From positions 462,967 through 526,966 of the forward strand of contig NIVC01000952.1 of the NCBI GenBank assembly GCA_002269645.1: a DNA stretch of 64,000 bases. The letters are read 5' to 3'. Below, one piece after another: positions 38,795-53,100 of the stretch (positions are counted from its first letter, which is position 1; the number at the start of each line of letters is the position of its first letter). A program made the position numbers and the translations under genes. The DNA comes from Macrostomum lignano. Taxonomy: Eukaryota. The notes under the pieces are model-generated. The model ran no database searches. It worked only from the letters and a program-made list of their open reading frames with translations, and was not told the DNA's origin.

Positions 38795-39350
38795 AACTCA
38801 GTGGAGGTAGGGGTTGGCTCAGTGGAGGGAGGGGTTGGCTCAGTGGAGGGAGGGGTTGGACTCAGTGGAGGGAGGGGTTAGACTCAGTGGAGGGAGGGGT
38901 TAGACTCAGTGGAGGGAGGCGTTAGACTCAGTGGAGGGAGGGGTTAGACTCAGTGGAGGGAGGCGTTAGACTCAGTGGAGGGAGGGGTTAGACTCAGTGG
39001 AGGGAGGCGTTAGACTCAGTGGAGGGAGGGGTTAGACTCAGTGGAGGGAGGGGTTAGACTCAGTGGAGGGAGGGGTTAGACTCAGTGGAGGGAGGCGTTA
39101 GACTCAGTGGAGGGAGGCGTTAGACTCAGTGGAGGGAGGCGTTAGACTCAGTGGAGGGAGGGGTTAGACTCAGTGGAGGGAGGGGTTAGACTCAGTGGAG
39201 GGAGGCGTTAGACTCAGTGGAGGGAGGGGTTAGACTCAGTGGAGGGAGGCGTTAGACTCAGTGGAGGGAGGCGTTAGACTCAGTGGAGGGAGGCGTTAGA
39301 CTCAGTGGAGGGAGGGGTTAGACTCAGTGGAGGGAGGGGTTAGACTCAGG
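38795..39350. repeat. 22-bp minisatellite in PAT1 intron 1
   Basis: Unit ttagactcagtggagggagggg, about 25 copies. Confidence 0.95.
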
Positions 39351-39401
39351 GGAGGTGTTGGGGGAGGGGTTACAACGGGTCTTCAAGGCAATCAAGCTCA
39401 C

Positions 39402-40691
39402 CTGTTTGAGCCGCCAGGTTATATAATAATAGTCGGAAGTGACCGGATCTTCCATCTCCTTTTCCAGCACGCGGCTCTGGATGCCGATGACGGTGTCCTT
39501 GTCGCGGCGCGTCATAAAGTTGTCGTATTCAGACGGCCATCGGCGAAAAGACGAGAACAGAGAGTTGGGCTTCGGCTGCACCATGGGATGGGTCAGGCGA
39601 GGATCGCGGTGTTGCTGTTGATGCTGCTGAAACTGCTGCTGAAGTTGCTGCTGCTGCTGCTGCTGCTGCTGAAGTTGCTGTTGCTGCATGGGAGCGGCGG
39701 CGTTCATCCGCTGAGTCTGTTGAAGCGCGCGCAGGGCGGCAAGTTGCTGAGGACTTGGCTGCTGCTGCTGCTGGCCGCCCAGGTTCATGGAGCTCAGCAG
39801 CTGCTGGAACAAAGGTGGCAAAACGGGCTGCTGCTGCTGCTGCTGCTGCTTGGTGGCTGCCATAGTGGCGGCCATCGCCAAGTGCCGCATGAGGGCGTTC
39901 GGATCGGCCGTCATGCCGCTGGCGCCCAAGGCAGCGACAGCCGCAGCCGCCGCCTGCTGCTGCTGATGCGTCGGCAGGCGGCTCAGATTGGCTGCCATAG
40001 CAGCGGCCCAGGCGGTAGGCGGCGGCATCTGCAGCGGCGGCGGCGGCGGCAGCTGCTGCAGCGCCGGCTGGACTGCGCCGCCACCGACAGCGGCAGCCGC
40101 AGCGGCGGGCGCGTAGGTGGCGCTGTTGCTGTTGCGGGGCCGCATCGGCCGGTTCTTGGACACCGTGATGATTGACGGGTCGTCAAGTTCATCGTCGGAG
40201 TCAACTACCAGGCGGTCGCAGAAGGCGTTCAAGTCCTCCAGCGGACAGAACTCGTCCAAATCAGCCGCGCCGTCGAGATTGGGCGTGGCGACTTTTGCCG
40301 GCTGCTCCGGCGGCTTGTGATGGTGCTGGTGGTGCTGCTGCTGGAACTGCGCCTGCTGCTGCTGGAACTGCAGCTGGTGCTGCCTCTGCAGCTCCTCCAG
40401 CTGCTTCTGATAGGCCTGGAGGTGCCCCTGGGGCAGGCGCATCGCAGCTGCTCCCAGGCTGTCCCCATTGTTGCCGCGGCTGTCTTCCCGCTGGCCTTCG
40501 TCATCGTCATCCAGGCCGGCGAACTCCACGAATTCGCCATCGTCCTCGAGGCCGGCCAGCCGCTCGTGCTCGGCCTCCCAGTCGGTGGCCTCGGCAGCTC
40601 CGCCGAACGTCTCATCGTTCAGGTCGTCCTCGAGGGCGGCCCCTTCGTCGTCCAGCACCGGAGCGCTGGGGAAGTCGAAGTAGTCCGACAT
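39402..40691 (-). CDS. PATL1: PAT1/PATL1, exon 1 (full model about 757 aa)
   Basis: N-terminal LNDETFG motif, Q/P-rich linker, NFMTRRDKDTVIGIQ...SDYYY; donor cag|gtgagc. Confidence 0.9.
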
Positions 40692-41649
40692 GCGGCTCTG
40701 CTGATGCTCACAAAACTGTCTTTAATATAAATTTGTGCAGCTTGCTCAAAATTCCGTTGATCAGCAAAGCTGCAGCCGCTGCATCATCAGTCGAATCGAG
40801 GGTTAAAGCGGCTTGTGGAGAGAGAAACCTTCAGGAACATAAAGCAAGATCTAGAAATTAAATAACTTCAGATCGAACATACGAGCGCGAGCCTTCAATT
40901 TCTCTTTAAGTAAAGGAATCCAATCTAAGGAAACATAGCAAGTATATGAGAGATTCACGGACTACTCAAGCAGGACTGGAAACTACGTTTCTTGGGAAAT
41001 TTTAGGCCGGTTTTTTCGAGACAAAATTACACTACGGAGATAGGAAGTGTTGATCCAGTGTTTATGTTTAATTCTACGTAGATTTTCAGTACCTAAAATC
41101 ATAAAAACACATGGCACAGCTCTACTCATTGGTTTTTTTCGAATCTATTTTATCGATTCTGTTTACACACTGCTACACAGCTAAGAGTGACAAAATAGAC
41201 TCATAAAAGCAATGAGCCGAGTCGCGGAATTTTAATGTTTTTTAGGCACAGAACATGTACAATTGTATGCAGAATATAAAATTAACATAAAACTTATTTT
41301 TCTGAACAAACAGCTTCATGAATATAATTAGAGCTATAAAAAAGGCACAACATATCATAAGATGAACATTGGGTTCGCCTCCTATCGAAAGAAATAACAA
41401 TTTTTGTGCTGAAAAATGAAAACTTCCTATCTCCGTAGCGTATTTTTCCGAAAAAACCGGCCTCCTAAAACTACTTAAGTAGTCCTTGGAGAGATCCTTA
41501 ATTAAAAAAACTACTAGGCTTCCACTAGATAAATTTCCTGGGGAAAAAACGAAGACAAAGACCCGACTGACTTGGCATCTCACAATTTTTAGTGTCAAAT
41601 TAAATGCGACTGTCAAATTCTAAGAAACCAAAGCGAAGGCCAATTGCAT

Positions 41650-42168
41650 TCAGGTCTGTCTAGCAGCTTCCAGCTGGCCCAGCAGCAGCTGCATCCGATG
41701 CTTCATCACCGGCTGGCCTCGCTGGTTCACCCGGCTCATTGCCGCGTTCCGCTCCCGCCGCTGCGCCTGCCGAGCGGCCCGCTTCGCCGTCCGCGCCTCC
41801 GTCGCCGCCTGTCGCTCCTGACGACGGCGCTGCTGAGCGGCCTCGAGCTTGGCCAGCTTGCCGCGGTGCGACGAGGCCGAAGGCTCAATTGGCTGCTTCT
41901 GCTGCTGCTCGTCCTGCTGCTTCTGCTGCCGGCGTCGCCGCCCAAACACGGCGGACTGCGCCAGGAGGCCTTCGCGCTTGAGGAAGTCGCGGTATTCGCG
42001 TGCAGCGGCCGCCAACTGCGGATCAGCCCGGGCCGCCACCCTGGCCAGACTGCTGCTGCCGGCTTTGATTTTCTTTCGCTGCTGTTGCTGCTTTTGCTGC
42101 AGTTGCTGCTTGTTCCGCTTGCTATTGCTGTTGGAATTTGTTTTGCTGGATGAGTGCTCGGGCTTCAT
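41650..42168 (-). CDS. CCDC59: CCDC59/TAP26 (Fyv7-like rRNA-processing) protein
   Basis: Basic coiled-coil protein ending in RVNQRGQPVMKHRMQLLLGQL, like the Fyv7/TAP26 C-terminal GQP motif. Single exon; alternative ATG at 42237. Confidence 0.55.
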   Translation of the reverse strand: MKPEHSSSKTNSNSNSKRNKQQLQQKQQQQRKKIKAGSSSLARVAARADPQLAAAAREYRDFLKREGLLAQSAVFGRRRRQQKQQDEQQQKQPIEPSASSHRGKLAKLEAAQQRRRQERQAATEARTAKRAARQAQRRERNAAMSRVNQRGQPVMKHRMQLLLGQLEAARQT

Positions 42169-42378
42169 CGTAGCTGAGCTAGTAACAGAAACGACATGAC
42201 AACTTTCTCTAAAGGATGGGATTAAAATGCTTGCCATAAGAGCAGGGCAACTTCAACTGAGCATTGTGTAAGACCAGAACCCGATGAAAGCGGTACCCAG
42301 GCCAAGAAGCATCCCGGAGTCACTTGCGTCGCCCCAGGGTCGTTTCAGATGCGTTGCAGATGACAGGTCAAATAGGAA

Positions 42379-42730
42379 TTTTTTATTAGAGGCAGGGGGG
42401 TTGTGTGCACCCTGGCGCACTTTAAGCGACATAGGCACACAACTGGCGAGAGGCATTACTGCCCATTCCGCCGACTCCCCTGAGCAGGCATACAAGCGCG
42501 CGGATACGTACGCAGGCACACACTCACACAGGAGTGTACAGCGGCCCTAACTTTATTTTATCGTTAGGCATGTACACTTCACTGCGCCTTGGGGGGTTGG
42601 CTCTCAAGGCCGTTAATTGCACGAGCAGAGCCAATTCAGCCCCAAATTAATGTGACTGCACTTGGAATCGAGCCTGGGTCGCTGGCACACCAGAGCAGCT
42701 GCGCTACCGCTGGGCTACGCCCCCCCCCCT
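42379..42730 (-). mobile_element. tRNA-derived SINE, copy 2
   Basis: Reverse complement of 17008-17361; A-rich tail; flanking duplication ggtcaaatag(g/a)aa. Confidence 0.85.
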
Positions 42731-42849
42731 GGTCAAATAGAAAATAAGTGACTCTAAACGACGAGATGTACAAGTCGCCAAAAAATCGTCAAAGAGTCGC
42801 CCAGAATCAACTTGAAGCGTTTTATTGTCTGCGACTCTGAAACGATTCT

Positions 42850-43890
42850 GGGGCGACGCTACCGACGCAAGTGATTGTGGCGCCATTCTAGTGACTCTGG
42901 GGCGAAGCTGCCGACGCAAGTGATTGTGGCGCCATTCTAGTGACTCTGGGGCGACGCTGCCGACGCAAGTGATTGTGGCGCCATTCTAGTGACTCTGGGC
43001 GACGCTGCCGACGCAAGTGATTGTGGCGCCATTCTAGTGACTCTGGGGCGACGCTGCCGACGCAAGTGATTGTGGCGCCATTCTAGTGACTCTGGGGCGA
43101 CGCTGCCGACGCAAGTGATTGTGGCGCCATTCTAGTGACTCTGGGGCGACGCTGCCGACGCAAGTGATTGTGGCGCCATTCTAGTGACTCTGGGGCGACG
43201 CTGCCGACGCAAGTGATTGTGGCGCCATTCTAGTGACTCTGGGGCGACGCTGCCGACGCAAGTGATTGTGGCGCCATTCTAGTGACTCTGGGGCGACGCT
43301 GCCGACGCAAGTGATTGTGGCGCCATTCTAGTGACTCTGGGGCGACGCTGCCGACGCAAGTGATTGTGGCGCCATTCTAGTGACTCTGGGGCGACGCTGC
43401 CGACGCAAGTGATTGTGGCGCCATTCTAGTGACTCTGGGGCGACGCTGCCGACGCAAGTGATTGTGGCGCCATTCTAGTGACTCTGGGGCGACGCTGCCG
43501 ACGCAAGTGATTGTGGCGCCATTCTAGTGACTCTGGGGCGACGCTGCCGACGCAAGTGATTGTGGCGCCATTCTAGTGACTCTGGGGCGACGCTGCCGAC
43601 GCAAGTGATTGTGGCGCCATTCTAGTGACTCTGGGGCGACGCTGCCGACGCAAGTGATTGTGGCGCCATTCTAGTGACTCTGGGGCGACGCTGCCGACGC
43701 AAGTGATTGTGGCGCCATTCTAGTGACTCTGGGGCGACGCTGCCGACGCAAGTGATTGTGGCGCCATTCTAGTGACTCTGGGGCGACGCTGCCGACGCAA
43801 GTGATTGTGGCGCCATTCTAGTGACTCTGGGGCGACGCTGCCGACGTAAGTGATTGTGGCGCCATTCTAGTGACTCTGGGGCGACGCTCC
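42850..43890. repeat. 49-bp tandem array, highly homogeneous
   Basis: Unit ctagtgactctggggcgacgctgccgacgcaagtgattgtggcgccatt, about 21 copies. Confidence 0.97.
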
Positions 43891-44273
43891 ATCAATTCCA
43901 TCGATTCCAGAGTCGCATTTGAGGCACTTCAGAGTCGCATTAGAGTCGCTGAGTTGTGTTTGAAGCGTATTTGAGTCGCTTGATGAATCAGAGTCACATT
44001 TCCGGCGTTTCAGCGGCGTTCTGTAGTCGCAAAAGTCGCAGAAGAAGCGTTTTAGCGTCACTGTAGAATCGTTAGTGCGTCACTTCTGAGGCGTTCTAGA
44101 AGCGTTACAGAGTCGGTACTACCGGCCTTAAACAGACTGCTGGATAGTCATTTCTGGGCGAATAGAAAATACATGCTCATCGACTCAGAAGTGATGCACT
44201 ACAGATTCTACAGCGAGGCTGAAGAGCTTCTGCGACTTTTTGGTGATTTGTATCGTGACATCTTGTCGGTTTG

Positions 44274-44371
44274 GAGTCGTTCAGAATCACTTCTTTTCTA
44301 TTTGACTTATGTCATCCTGGGGGACCTAGATGACATAGGTCAAATAGAAAAGAAGTGATTCTGAACGACTC
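44274..44371. repeat. About 43-bp inverted repeat (hairpin)
   Basis: gagtcgttcagaatcacttcttttctatttgac...gtcaaatagaaaagaagtgattctgaacgactc, with one stem mismatch. Confidence 0.85.
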
Positions 44372-45169
44372 TAATTGCACTCTAACTAGCCTACTGAGTT
44401 AGTAGAAAGTTAAGCGCCAGCACAACGATTCTTGGACGACTTCTTCGCGACTCTTTTACAATTCTAAAACTCACGTGACACAATTGTAATGCAACAGTCG
44501 CCTCTCTGTTCGCATTTGACGCGTTTGAGTTGTCAAAAAGTCACAAGAGTCGCCCCAGATGCATAAGAGTCATTAGAGAATTGTTTGCAATGACTATTTA
44601 GCGACTCTTGTCATGGTATCGTTTTCAATGTGATAAATTAGCCTGCAAAACAACTCTGACTTTTGCCCTTTTGCAGAACTGAAGGTTCTATATGCAAAGT
44701 TTATATTTCTGAAGCTTCTAACAAGTTGCAATCAATGTTGCCCAATAATATAAATATTGTCTTAAAAACTGCAGGATTTGCCAACACTTTAAGAGCCTTT
44801 AAATTAAAAGGTAGACTGCAGCAGCAGTGGCACAACCATTCTGCCCCCCCCCCCAGGTCTTTACCTTCTAGAATCCACCCCCTCAACAAATTTCTTGTTG
44901 CACTACTGAGCAGCAAACACAAAAATAAATGTTTTCAGCTTAACATGTTTAAAAAAATTAGACTATTAAATATAATTATTATTGTTCAGGTTTATCAAAG
45001 TATACTTGAAAACTATAAATGAATTCTATAGAACTTTTATAAAGGATTTTGTTTTGAAATTGATATCTCTTTTGATTTATTATCACCCTATTTTACCAAA
45101 AAAAACAAAAAATGGCAATTTATAGTTTAAAAAATCATTGTATGTATTATGGTTCAAATGAATTTTTAT

Positions 45170-46665
45170 TAGGGGTCACAAAATCCCATATTCTGTCAAT
45201 CCTGGGATCCCAGGATTAGGAAATGTCAAATCCCAGGATTCTAGGATTATCCCGGGATTGATATTTTCCAGTACTATCCTTGTCATAACATTGTTATAAT
45301 GTCATAAAAATGCTGCAACTAACATTTTTATAATGCTTACAGTTATGGTAGGAGCTAAAGGTGTAATGCTAGGCTGGTAATGTAATATATAACATTATAA
45401 CAATGATGTTATTATACTCGTAGTATATTAAATAATATAGTAATATATTACTACTTGTAATATCAATATTATAATATGCATATATATTATAGGCTCATTC
45501 CATATAAGATGGACATATTTGGAAAATAGAAAAAAGTCAATATTTTTGCTTGCCATTGCCTAATTAGCCTACTTTTTTACCAAATGTTTATATTGTGCAA
45601 TATATACAATCTAAGAATAAAGGAATGGTAAAATGTTGGATTAGTATGTTATCAATTGGCAAAAAGTCATTTTTGTAAAAATTTGGACATTTTTCGAAGC
45701 AAAAGACATCATTAAGATTTTGTACCTTTTAAAAACAAATAGAAAGCTTTTGAAGGTTGAAACAAACTATAGATAAAAGTATAGTACTTGCATAATCAGA
45801 TAAAAGCATTGGTGACCAAAGAATCTATTATATTTTTAATGTATTTGTACCTCAAAGTTACTGAATTGACAGAAAAAAATATGTTACGACCATAATGTTA
45901 CAACCATAAGGCTGCCTTTTCTTTTGTATCTTTGTTGCCTTTTGAGTTTATATATTCTAATAAAAGAGTATGATTTCTAAAGATGTTCTTAGTCAAATTT
46001 AAAAAATGTATTACAAAATATCAAAAATGAAAAATGTTATAAGACTTTTACCTTTTAGTTTCTATATGTCAAAAATCCTGTCGTTACGACCATAAGTGTC
46101 ATTTAAGGTTTAATAGCATCTATACTAATGATGATATCTATATGAAACTCTATAAATATATTCTAGACAAAATAATCTTTCATTTAAAATATTGGTTTAG
46201 TATATTCTATTATTAGATTTCATTTTATAAGTAAAAATAACCTGTCATGTTACGACCATGCTTATATGGAATGAGCCTATGTATAACATATATTAGATTA
46301 TGTAATGTACATGTATCACTGTGCAAAGCAATAGGCCTATGAATGTATATATTATATTCACAATCACAACCTACTACTGTCTGGGCCGTGGGCATTCACT
46401 TTGTCAGGGTTGTCACAACATGCACTGTGTTCAAAATTTAAAGTCAACTCAAATATCAAAGATTTTAGAAAGTGGGCAGCAGAAAGTGGACATGGATGCA
46501 TGTATGTTCCATATTTTACCTAACTATCTTGCTAATTGCTATTATATTAGACATAATAAAAACATAGCATAAACTTTCTGGGATTGAATCTTGACCCTGT
46601 GAATCCGGAATCCCAGAAAAAGCCCTAAATCCCAGGATCCAGGGATCCCAGGATTGTGACCCCTA
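45170..46665. mobile_element. hAT-like non-autonomous element
   Basis: TIR taggggtcaca / tgtgaccccta; 8-bp flanks atttttat / atttctat; subterminal gggatccc repeats. Confidence 0.7.
45492..46277. mobile_element. TA-flanked MITE nested in the hAT-like element
   Basis: TIR ggctcattccatataag / cttatatggaatgagcc flanked by TA. Confidence 0.7.
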
Positions 46666-49600
46666 ATTTCTATACACTTAATATTTTTTAAGTTTAAAAT
46701 GAATTTTATATGATTTTAAAGATAAACAAAGAAAAAGTCCTATATATAAATTAAGATAAGCATCTATAGAAAATGTAATTTACAATAAAATCATCACTCA
46801 AACATGTGCAACAACTAGCTGACCTAGCATAAATTAGGGTAGACTAAGATAAGTTGCTTTTGAACAAATTTTGAAGCCCAATTAAGCATTTTGACTTTGT
46901 TTTAGGTAATTTTAAAGCTAAGTTGCATTTTTCAATCAATTCAAAACTCAACAATATATTTCAAAGGTTGTGAATATTTATCATTATTATCATAATAAAT
47001 AAATAAAAGAAAAAATAAGTTTGGCTATTTTTATTAACTATAATATAATTTATAAGTTAGTAAGCTATTTCATGTATAATAGAATAGATTTTTTTAAACC
47101 TTTAAGGAAGAACAAGCAAAGGGAATAATTAGGAATATTATATCAACTCAAGCTTATAAAGTAGTCACTTGCAAAACCTAGCTTCTTAGTATCACTATAA
47201 GTAGAATGATGTATCATTTGTATGTATAAATTATTTGGGCTCTACTTAATGAGCTTAAGTTGATAGGCTCTTTTACTTTTATAGCCTCATACCTCTGGCA
47301 CCCACAAATCCATCTTTGTCAATCAATTAATAACATTAATAACATTAGCCTGCTGCATTAATTTTCATTAATATTAATAATTATAATAACTACTATACCC
47401 AACAGAGGTTCATCATTAATAATCAAGCAATAGCCTATCTTGAGTCCTTTGCCCATAGGGCATAAAACAATCAAAGTTCTTATCTCAAAGAAAGCTCTGA
47501 GACTTATTTGTTCTACAACATATAAATTACTGTAGTGGCAGCTTTACCTTATTGAAAGTAACAAGTTTGATAAATTGACGCATTAATTTATGGTGTTAGA
47601 ATTTTCTAGTGTCTACCCTTTGAATGACTGCGGCGCTATACAACTACTTAGCTACGATAACAACTATCACCTCCCAGAATTTGAGGACCTTGGCAGTTGG
47701 AGTAAAACAGGAGAAAGAATTTCCTTGTGATTTGTCTGCGCAATTTTTTGGATTCATTTGTGCGAACATAATGCCAACTAGTTTTAGAAGAAAACATAAA
47801 CCCAACCCAATTTTTTTCTTTTTTCACCTCCACCTCATAACTTAAAATAAATAGCCAAAACCTTTAAAGTAAGATCCACAAGAAAGTATCCTAGCCTTTT
47901 AGGCTATGAGATGACTCAGATCATAGTCTAGATCATGGTAAATATATATTAGAACAAAAATTTAAGGGTTTTTTTTTCAAATTTTATCCCAATATAAATT
48001 ATAAAACAATATGGACCTATTAAAAATATATTAAGAATAATATAATTTATTAGTTTTGGAAAGAAGAGTTTTAGTAAACTAGGGCTAAGTATCTTTCTAA
48101 AAAAATTGTTTTATTTTTTCAACTTTGTAAAAATTTTATTAACTTTTAGTTTTAGGCTTAGTTTATTTTTATTTTTAGGGCTTTTTGAAAAAAATTTTGC
48201 TATATAATCTATATATACCAAAACAAACTTAAACTTGGTCACTTTATATACCAACCATGATTGGGCCTATGAATAATGAATCTTTGGATTTCAATATTCA
48301 ACTTGAAAATTCTATATGCTAAGTCTAAGATTCTTAGTAGGCCTAAGAAGCATAAATATGCCAAAATTTTCTGGCATAGAAAGGCGTGGCCTATAATAAA
48401 ACAAACTCAAAACAAAATATCATAACTCATAAGACATAACTCTAAGTCTAGCCCCCCCTAACTAAAAAAACAAAATAGGCAGCATAGGCCTAGTAATGGC
48501 CATTATAAACCAGAACTATTGTAGCTCAAAAATTTCTAGCAATGTCCATTAGGCCTAAGCCTGTATATTTTGGTTAATTTGGTTCATCAACATCAATCAA
48601 TGAATTCCCTATTAGATAGGATAGGCCTAGGGCTGACTAAGCCTAGGCCTACCAATCATTGAACAATTTTTGCCAAATATAAAAATATAACCAAAGTCAA
48701 GGTCGGTCATTTTAGGAATTGAAACCTAAGCACAGGTGCGTAGACGGAAAAGCCTATTGTAGAAAAGCATTAAGTAGGCCTAGGCCTATTGACTGTTTTT
48801 TGAGTTAATTTTTTACTTTGAGTCTGAAAAATCGCTTTAGAAGTTTAGGCCCCATAGGCGAATTACAATCACTTCGGCGACAAGTCACTTCGGCGACAGT
48901 CACTTCGGCGACAAGTCACTTCGGCGACAGTCATTTCGGCGACACATTTGGATCACTTCGGCGACAATTAATAACAGCTAAATACTGTAAGTTTTCTGTT
49001 TAGAACGTATTTATAATACATGTATTTTTTGCCAATGAAACTTCACGATTAAAGTGTGATTTATCCGGATTTATTAAAAAAGCAACACAAATCTTCAGCA
49101 TTTCGTTATGATAATTGAATTAGATTAAGGCTTTTCATATTACCAATTCCAGAATCACAAATCGGTTCGGATCTTCCAAGAAAAACGGTAGTATAACTAT
49201 TTAACTCTGTTGAATGTTTGACTGCCTTAACAACCTCACTTACATGTAGCACAATTTTTCACTTTCTTTTTGGCGATTGTCATTCAATAATAAAAACTTA
49301 ATTTATAGCACGTACTAGCAATCTACGCCCCCCGTTGGGGAGCCAAAGAAATGCAATACACGTTTTTTTAATAAGCTACATGTATCCTTGAAATCTTAAA
49401 AAATCTCCTGTCAAACCTTGTAAGCCTTGACATGTCAGTAATCCCCCCCACAAGCTTTAACATATCAACTCCCCCCCTTGACATCTCAGCAATGCAATGG
49501 ATTCCCAAATGAATCTCTTAACTTCGACATGAAGCTTCTTTTATTTTTTACATTACGCTTTTTTTATCAGCGATCCCTCCCCTGAGGAGGCATCAAATAA

Positions 49601-50199
49601 TGTAATAAAAAGTTTTCAATAAACTACATGTAGCTTCTGACTTTAGCTTTGAAATCTCATTTATACCCCCGTGAGCCTTGACATGTCAGCTATCCCCCCC
49701 GTAAGCCTTGACATGTCAGCGATGGCCTCCATAAACCTTGAAATCTGAAAAATCCCCCGTTAACCTTGAAACCCGATAAAATATAACCCTCAACCCACAC
49801 CTGACCTAAACCTAACTTTAACCCAACCTAAAGCCTTGAATCTCAGCAATTCTTCTCCCCTAAGCCTTGACATTTTAGTGATTCCTTCTTTAAGAATCAC
49901 AGCACTATAACGATTCCCTCGCTTTGACATCGTAGCAATTCCCAAATGAATCTTTTAACTTCGACATGACTTTTCTTTTATGTATACATAGTGCTACTTT
50001 TATTTTTTACATGACTCTTCTTCTATCAGCGCCCCCCCGTGGCGAGCCAACAAAAAATGTAATAAAAAAATTGAGTAAAGTAAATGAACTTTGAAGTAGC
50101 TTCTGACTGTTGCTTTGACATCTCAGAAACGCCCCCATAATCTCAGTTATTCTCTGTGAGCCTTGACGTCTCAGTTTTTCTCCCTAGCCCAGCACTATA

Positions 50200-53100
50200 G
50201 CTTCATTTAATTTTTACATGACACCTTTCATGTCTAACATGACGCTTCTTTTATTCTACCATGATGCTTCTTAATTTTTTAAATGACACTTTCATTAGTT
50301 TTTAAAGGAGGCTTCTATGATTTTTATATGACGCTTCTATGATATTTTACATGACGCTTCTATGACTGTTTACATGACGCTTCTATGATTTTTACATGAC
50401 GCTTCTATGATTGTTTACATGACGCTTCTATGATTTTTTATATGACGCTTCTATCATTTTTACATAACGCTTCTATGATTTTTACATGACGCTTTTATGA
50501 TTTTTTACATGACGCTACTATGATTTTTACATGACGCTTCTATGATTGTTTACATGACGCTTCTAGGATTGTTTACATGACGCTTCTATGATTTTTACAT
50601 GACGCTTCTATGATTGTTTCATGACGCTTCTATGATTGTTTACATGACGCTTCTATGATTTTTATATGACGCTTCTACGATTTTTGCAGGACGATTCTAT
50701 GATTGTTTACATTACGCTTCTATGATTTTTACATGACGCTTCTATGATTGTTTCATGACGCTTCTATGACTTTTACATGACGCTTCTATGATTTTTATAT
50801 GACGCTTCTACGATTTTTGCAGGACGATTGTATGATTTACATGACGCTTCTATGATTTTTACATGACGCTTCTATGATTGTTTCATGACGCTTCTATGAC
50901 TGTTTACATGACGCTTCTATGATTTTTACATGACGCTTCTATGATTGTTTACATGACGCTTCTATGATTTTTTATATGACGCTTCTATCATTTTTACATA
51001 ACGCTTCTATGATTTTTACATGACGCTTTTATGATTTTTTACATGACGCTACTATGATTTTTACATGACGCTACTATGATTGTTTACATGACGCTTCTAT
51101 GATTGTTTACATGACACTTCTATGATTGTTTCATGACGCTTCTATGATTGTTTACATGACGCTTCTATGATTGTTTATATGACGCTTGTATGATTTTTAC
51201 ATGACGCTTGTATGATTGTTTCATGACGCTTCTATGACTGTTTACATGACGCTTCTATGATTGTTTATATGACGTTTCTATCATTTTTACATAACGCTTC
51301 TATGATTATTACATGAAGCTTCTACGATTTTTACATGACACTTCTATGATTTTTTACATGACGCTTTTATGATTTTTAACATGACGCTTCTACGAGTTTT
51401 TGCAGGACGATTCTATGATTTTACATGACGCTTCTATGATTTTACATGACGCTTCTATGATTTTTACATGACGTTTCTATGATTTTTTACATGACGCTTC
51501 TATGATTGTTTACATGACGCTTCTATGATTGTTTACATGACGCTTCTATGATTGTTTACAGACGCTTCTATGATTGTTTACATGACGCTTCTATGATTGT
51601 TTACATGACGCTTCTATGATTGTTTACATGGCGCTTCTACGATTTTTTACATGACGATTCTATGATTTTTACATGACGCTTCTATGATTGTTTACATGAC
51701 GCTTCTACGAGTTTTTGCAGGACGATTCTATGATTTTACATGACGCTTCTATGATTTTACATGACGCTTCTATGATTTTTACATGACGTTTCTATGATTT
51801 TTTACATGACGCTTCTATGATTGTTTCATGACGCTTCTATGATTGTTTACATGACGCTTCTATGATTGTTTACATGACGCTTCTATGATTGTTTACATGA
51901 CGCTTCTATGATTGTTTACATGACGCTTCTATGATTGTTTACATGGCGCTTCTACGATTTTTTACATGACGATTCTATGATTGTTTACATGACGCTTCTA
52001 TGATTGTTTACATGACGCTTCTAAGATTTTTTACATGACACTTCTATGATTGTTTACATGACGCTTCTATGATTGTTCACATGACACTTCTATGATTGTT
52101 TACATGACGCTTCTATGATTGTTTACATGACGCTTCTATGATTTTTTACATGGCGCTTCTATGATTGTTTACATGACACTTCTATGATTGTTTCATTACG
52201 CTTTTATGATTGTTTACATGACGCTTCTATGATTGTTTATATGACGCTTGTATGATTTTTACATGACGCTTCTATGATTGTTTCATGACGCTTCTATGAC
52301 TGTTTACATGACGCTTCTATGATTGTTTATATGACGCTTCTATCATTTTTACATAACGCTTCTATGATTATTACATGAAGCTTCTACGATTTTTACATGA
52401 CGCTTCTATGATTTTTTACATGACGCTTTTATGATTTTTAACATGACGCTTCTACGAGTTTTTGCAGGACGATTCTATGATTTTACATGACGCTTCTATG
52501 ATTTTACATGACGCTTCTATGATTTTTACATGACGTTTCTATGATTTTTTACATGACGCTTCTATGATTGTTTCATGACGCTTCTATGATTGTTTACATG
52601 ACGCTTCTATGATTGTTTACATGACGCTTCTATGATTGTTTACATGACGCTTCTATGATTGTTTACATGACGCTTCTATGATTGTTTACATGACGCTTCT
52701 ATGATTGTTTACATGACGCTTCTATGATTGTTTACATGACGCTTCTATGATTTTTACATGACGCTTCTATGATTGTTTACATGACGCTTCTATGATTGTT
52801 TACATGACGCTTCTATGATTGTTTACATGACGCTTCCATGATTTTTATATGACGTTTCTATGATTGTTTACATGACGCTTCTATGATTGTTTACATGACG
52901 CTTCTATGAATGTTTACATTACGCTTCTATGATTTTTTACATGACGCTTCTATGATTGTTTACATGACGCTTCTATGATTGTTTACATGACGCTTCTAAG
53001 ATTTTTTACATGACGCTTCTATGATTGTTTACATGACGCTTCTATGATTGTTTACATGACGCTTCTATGATTGTTTACATGACGCTTCTATGATTGTTTA

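Noticed and set aside
39327-40861. Plus-strand Leu-rich ORFs
   Set aside because: Antisense of the CAG-rich PAT1 exon 1.
42850-43890. CRISPR-like regular repeats (also other arrays)
   Set aside because: Units are contiguous with no unique spacers, there are no cas genes, and the context is eukaryotic.
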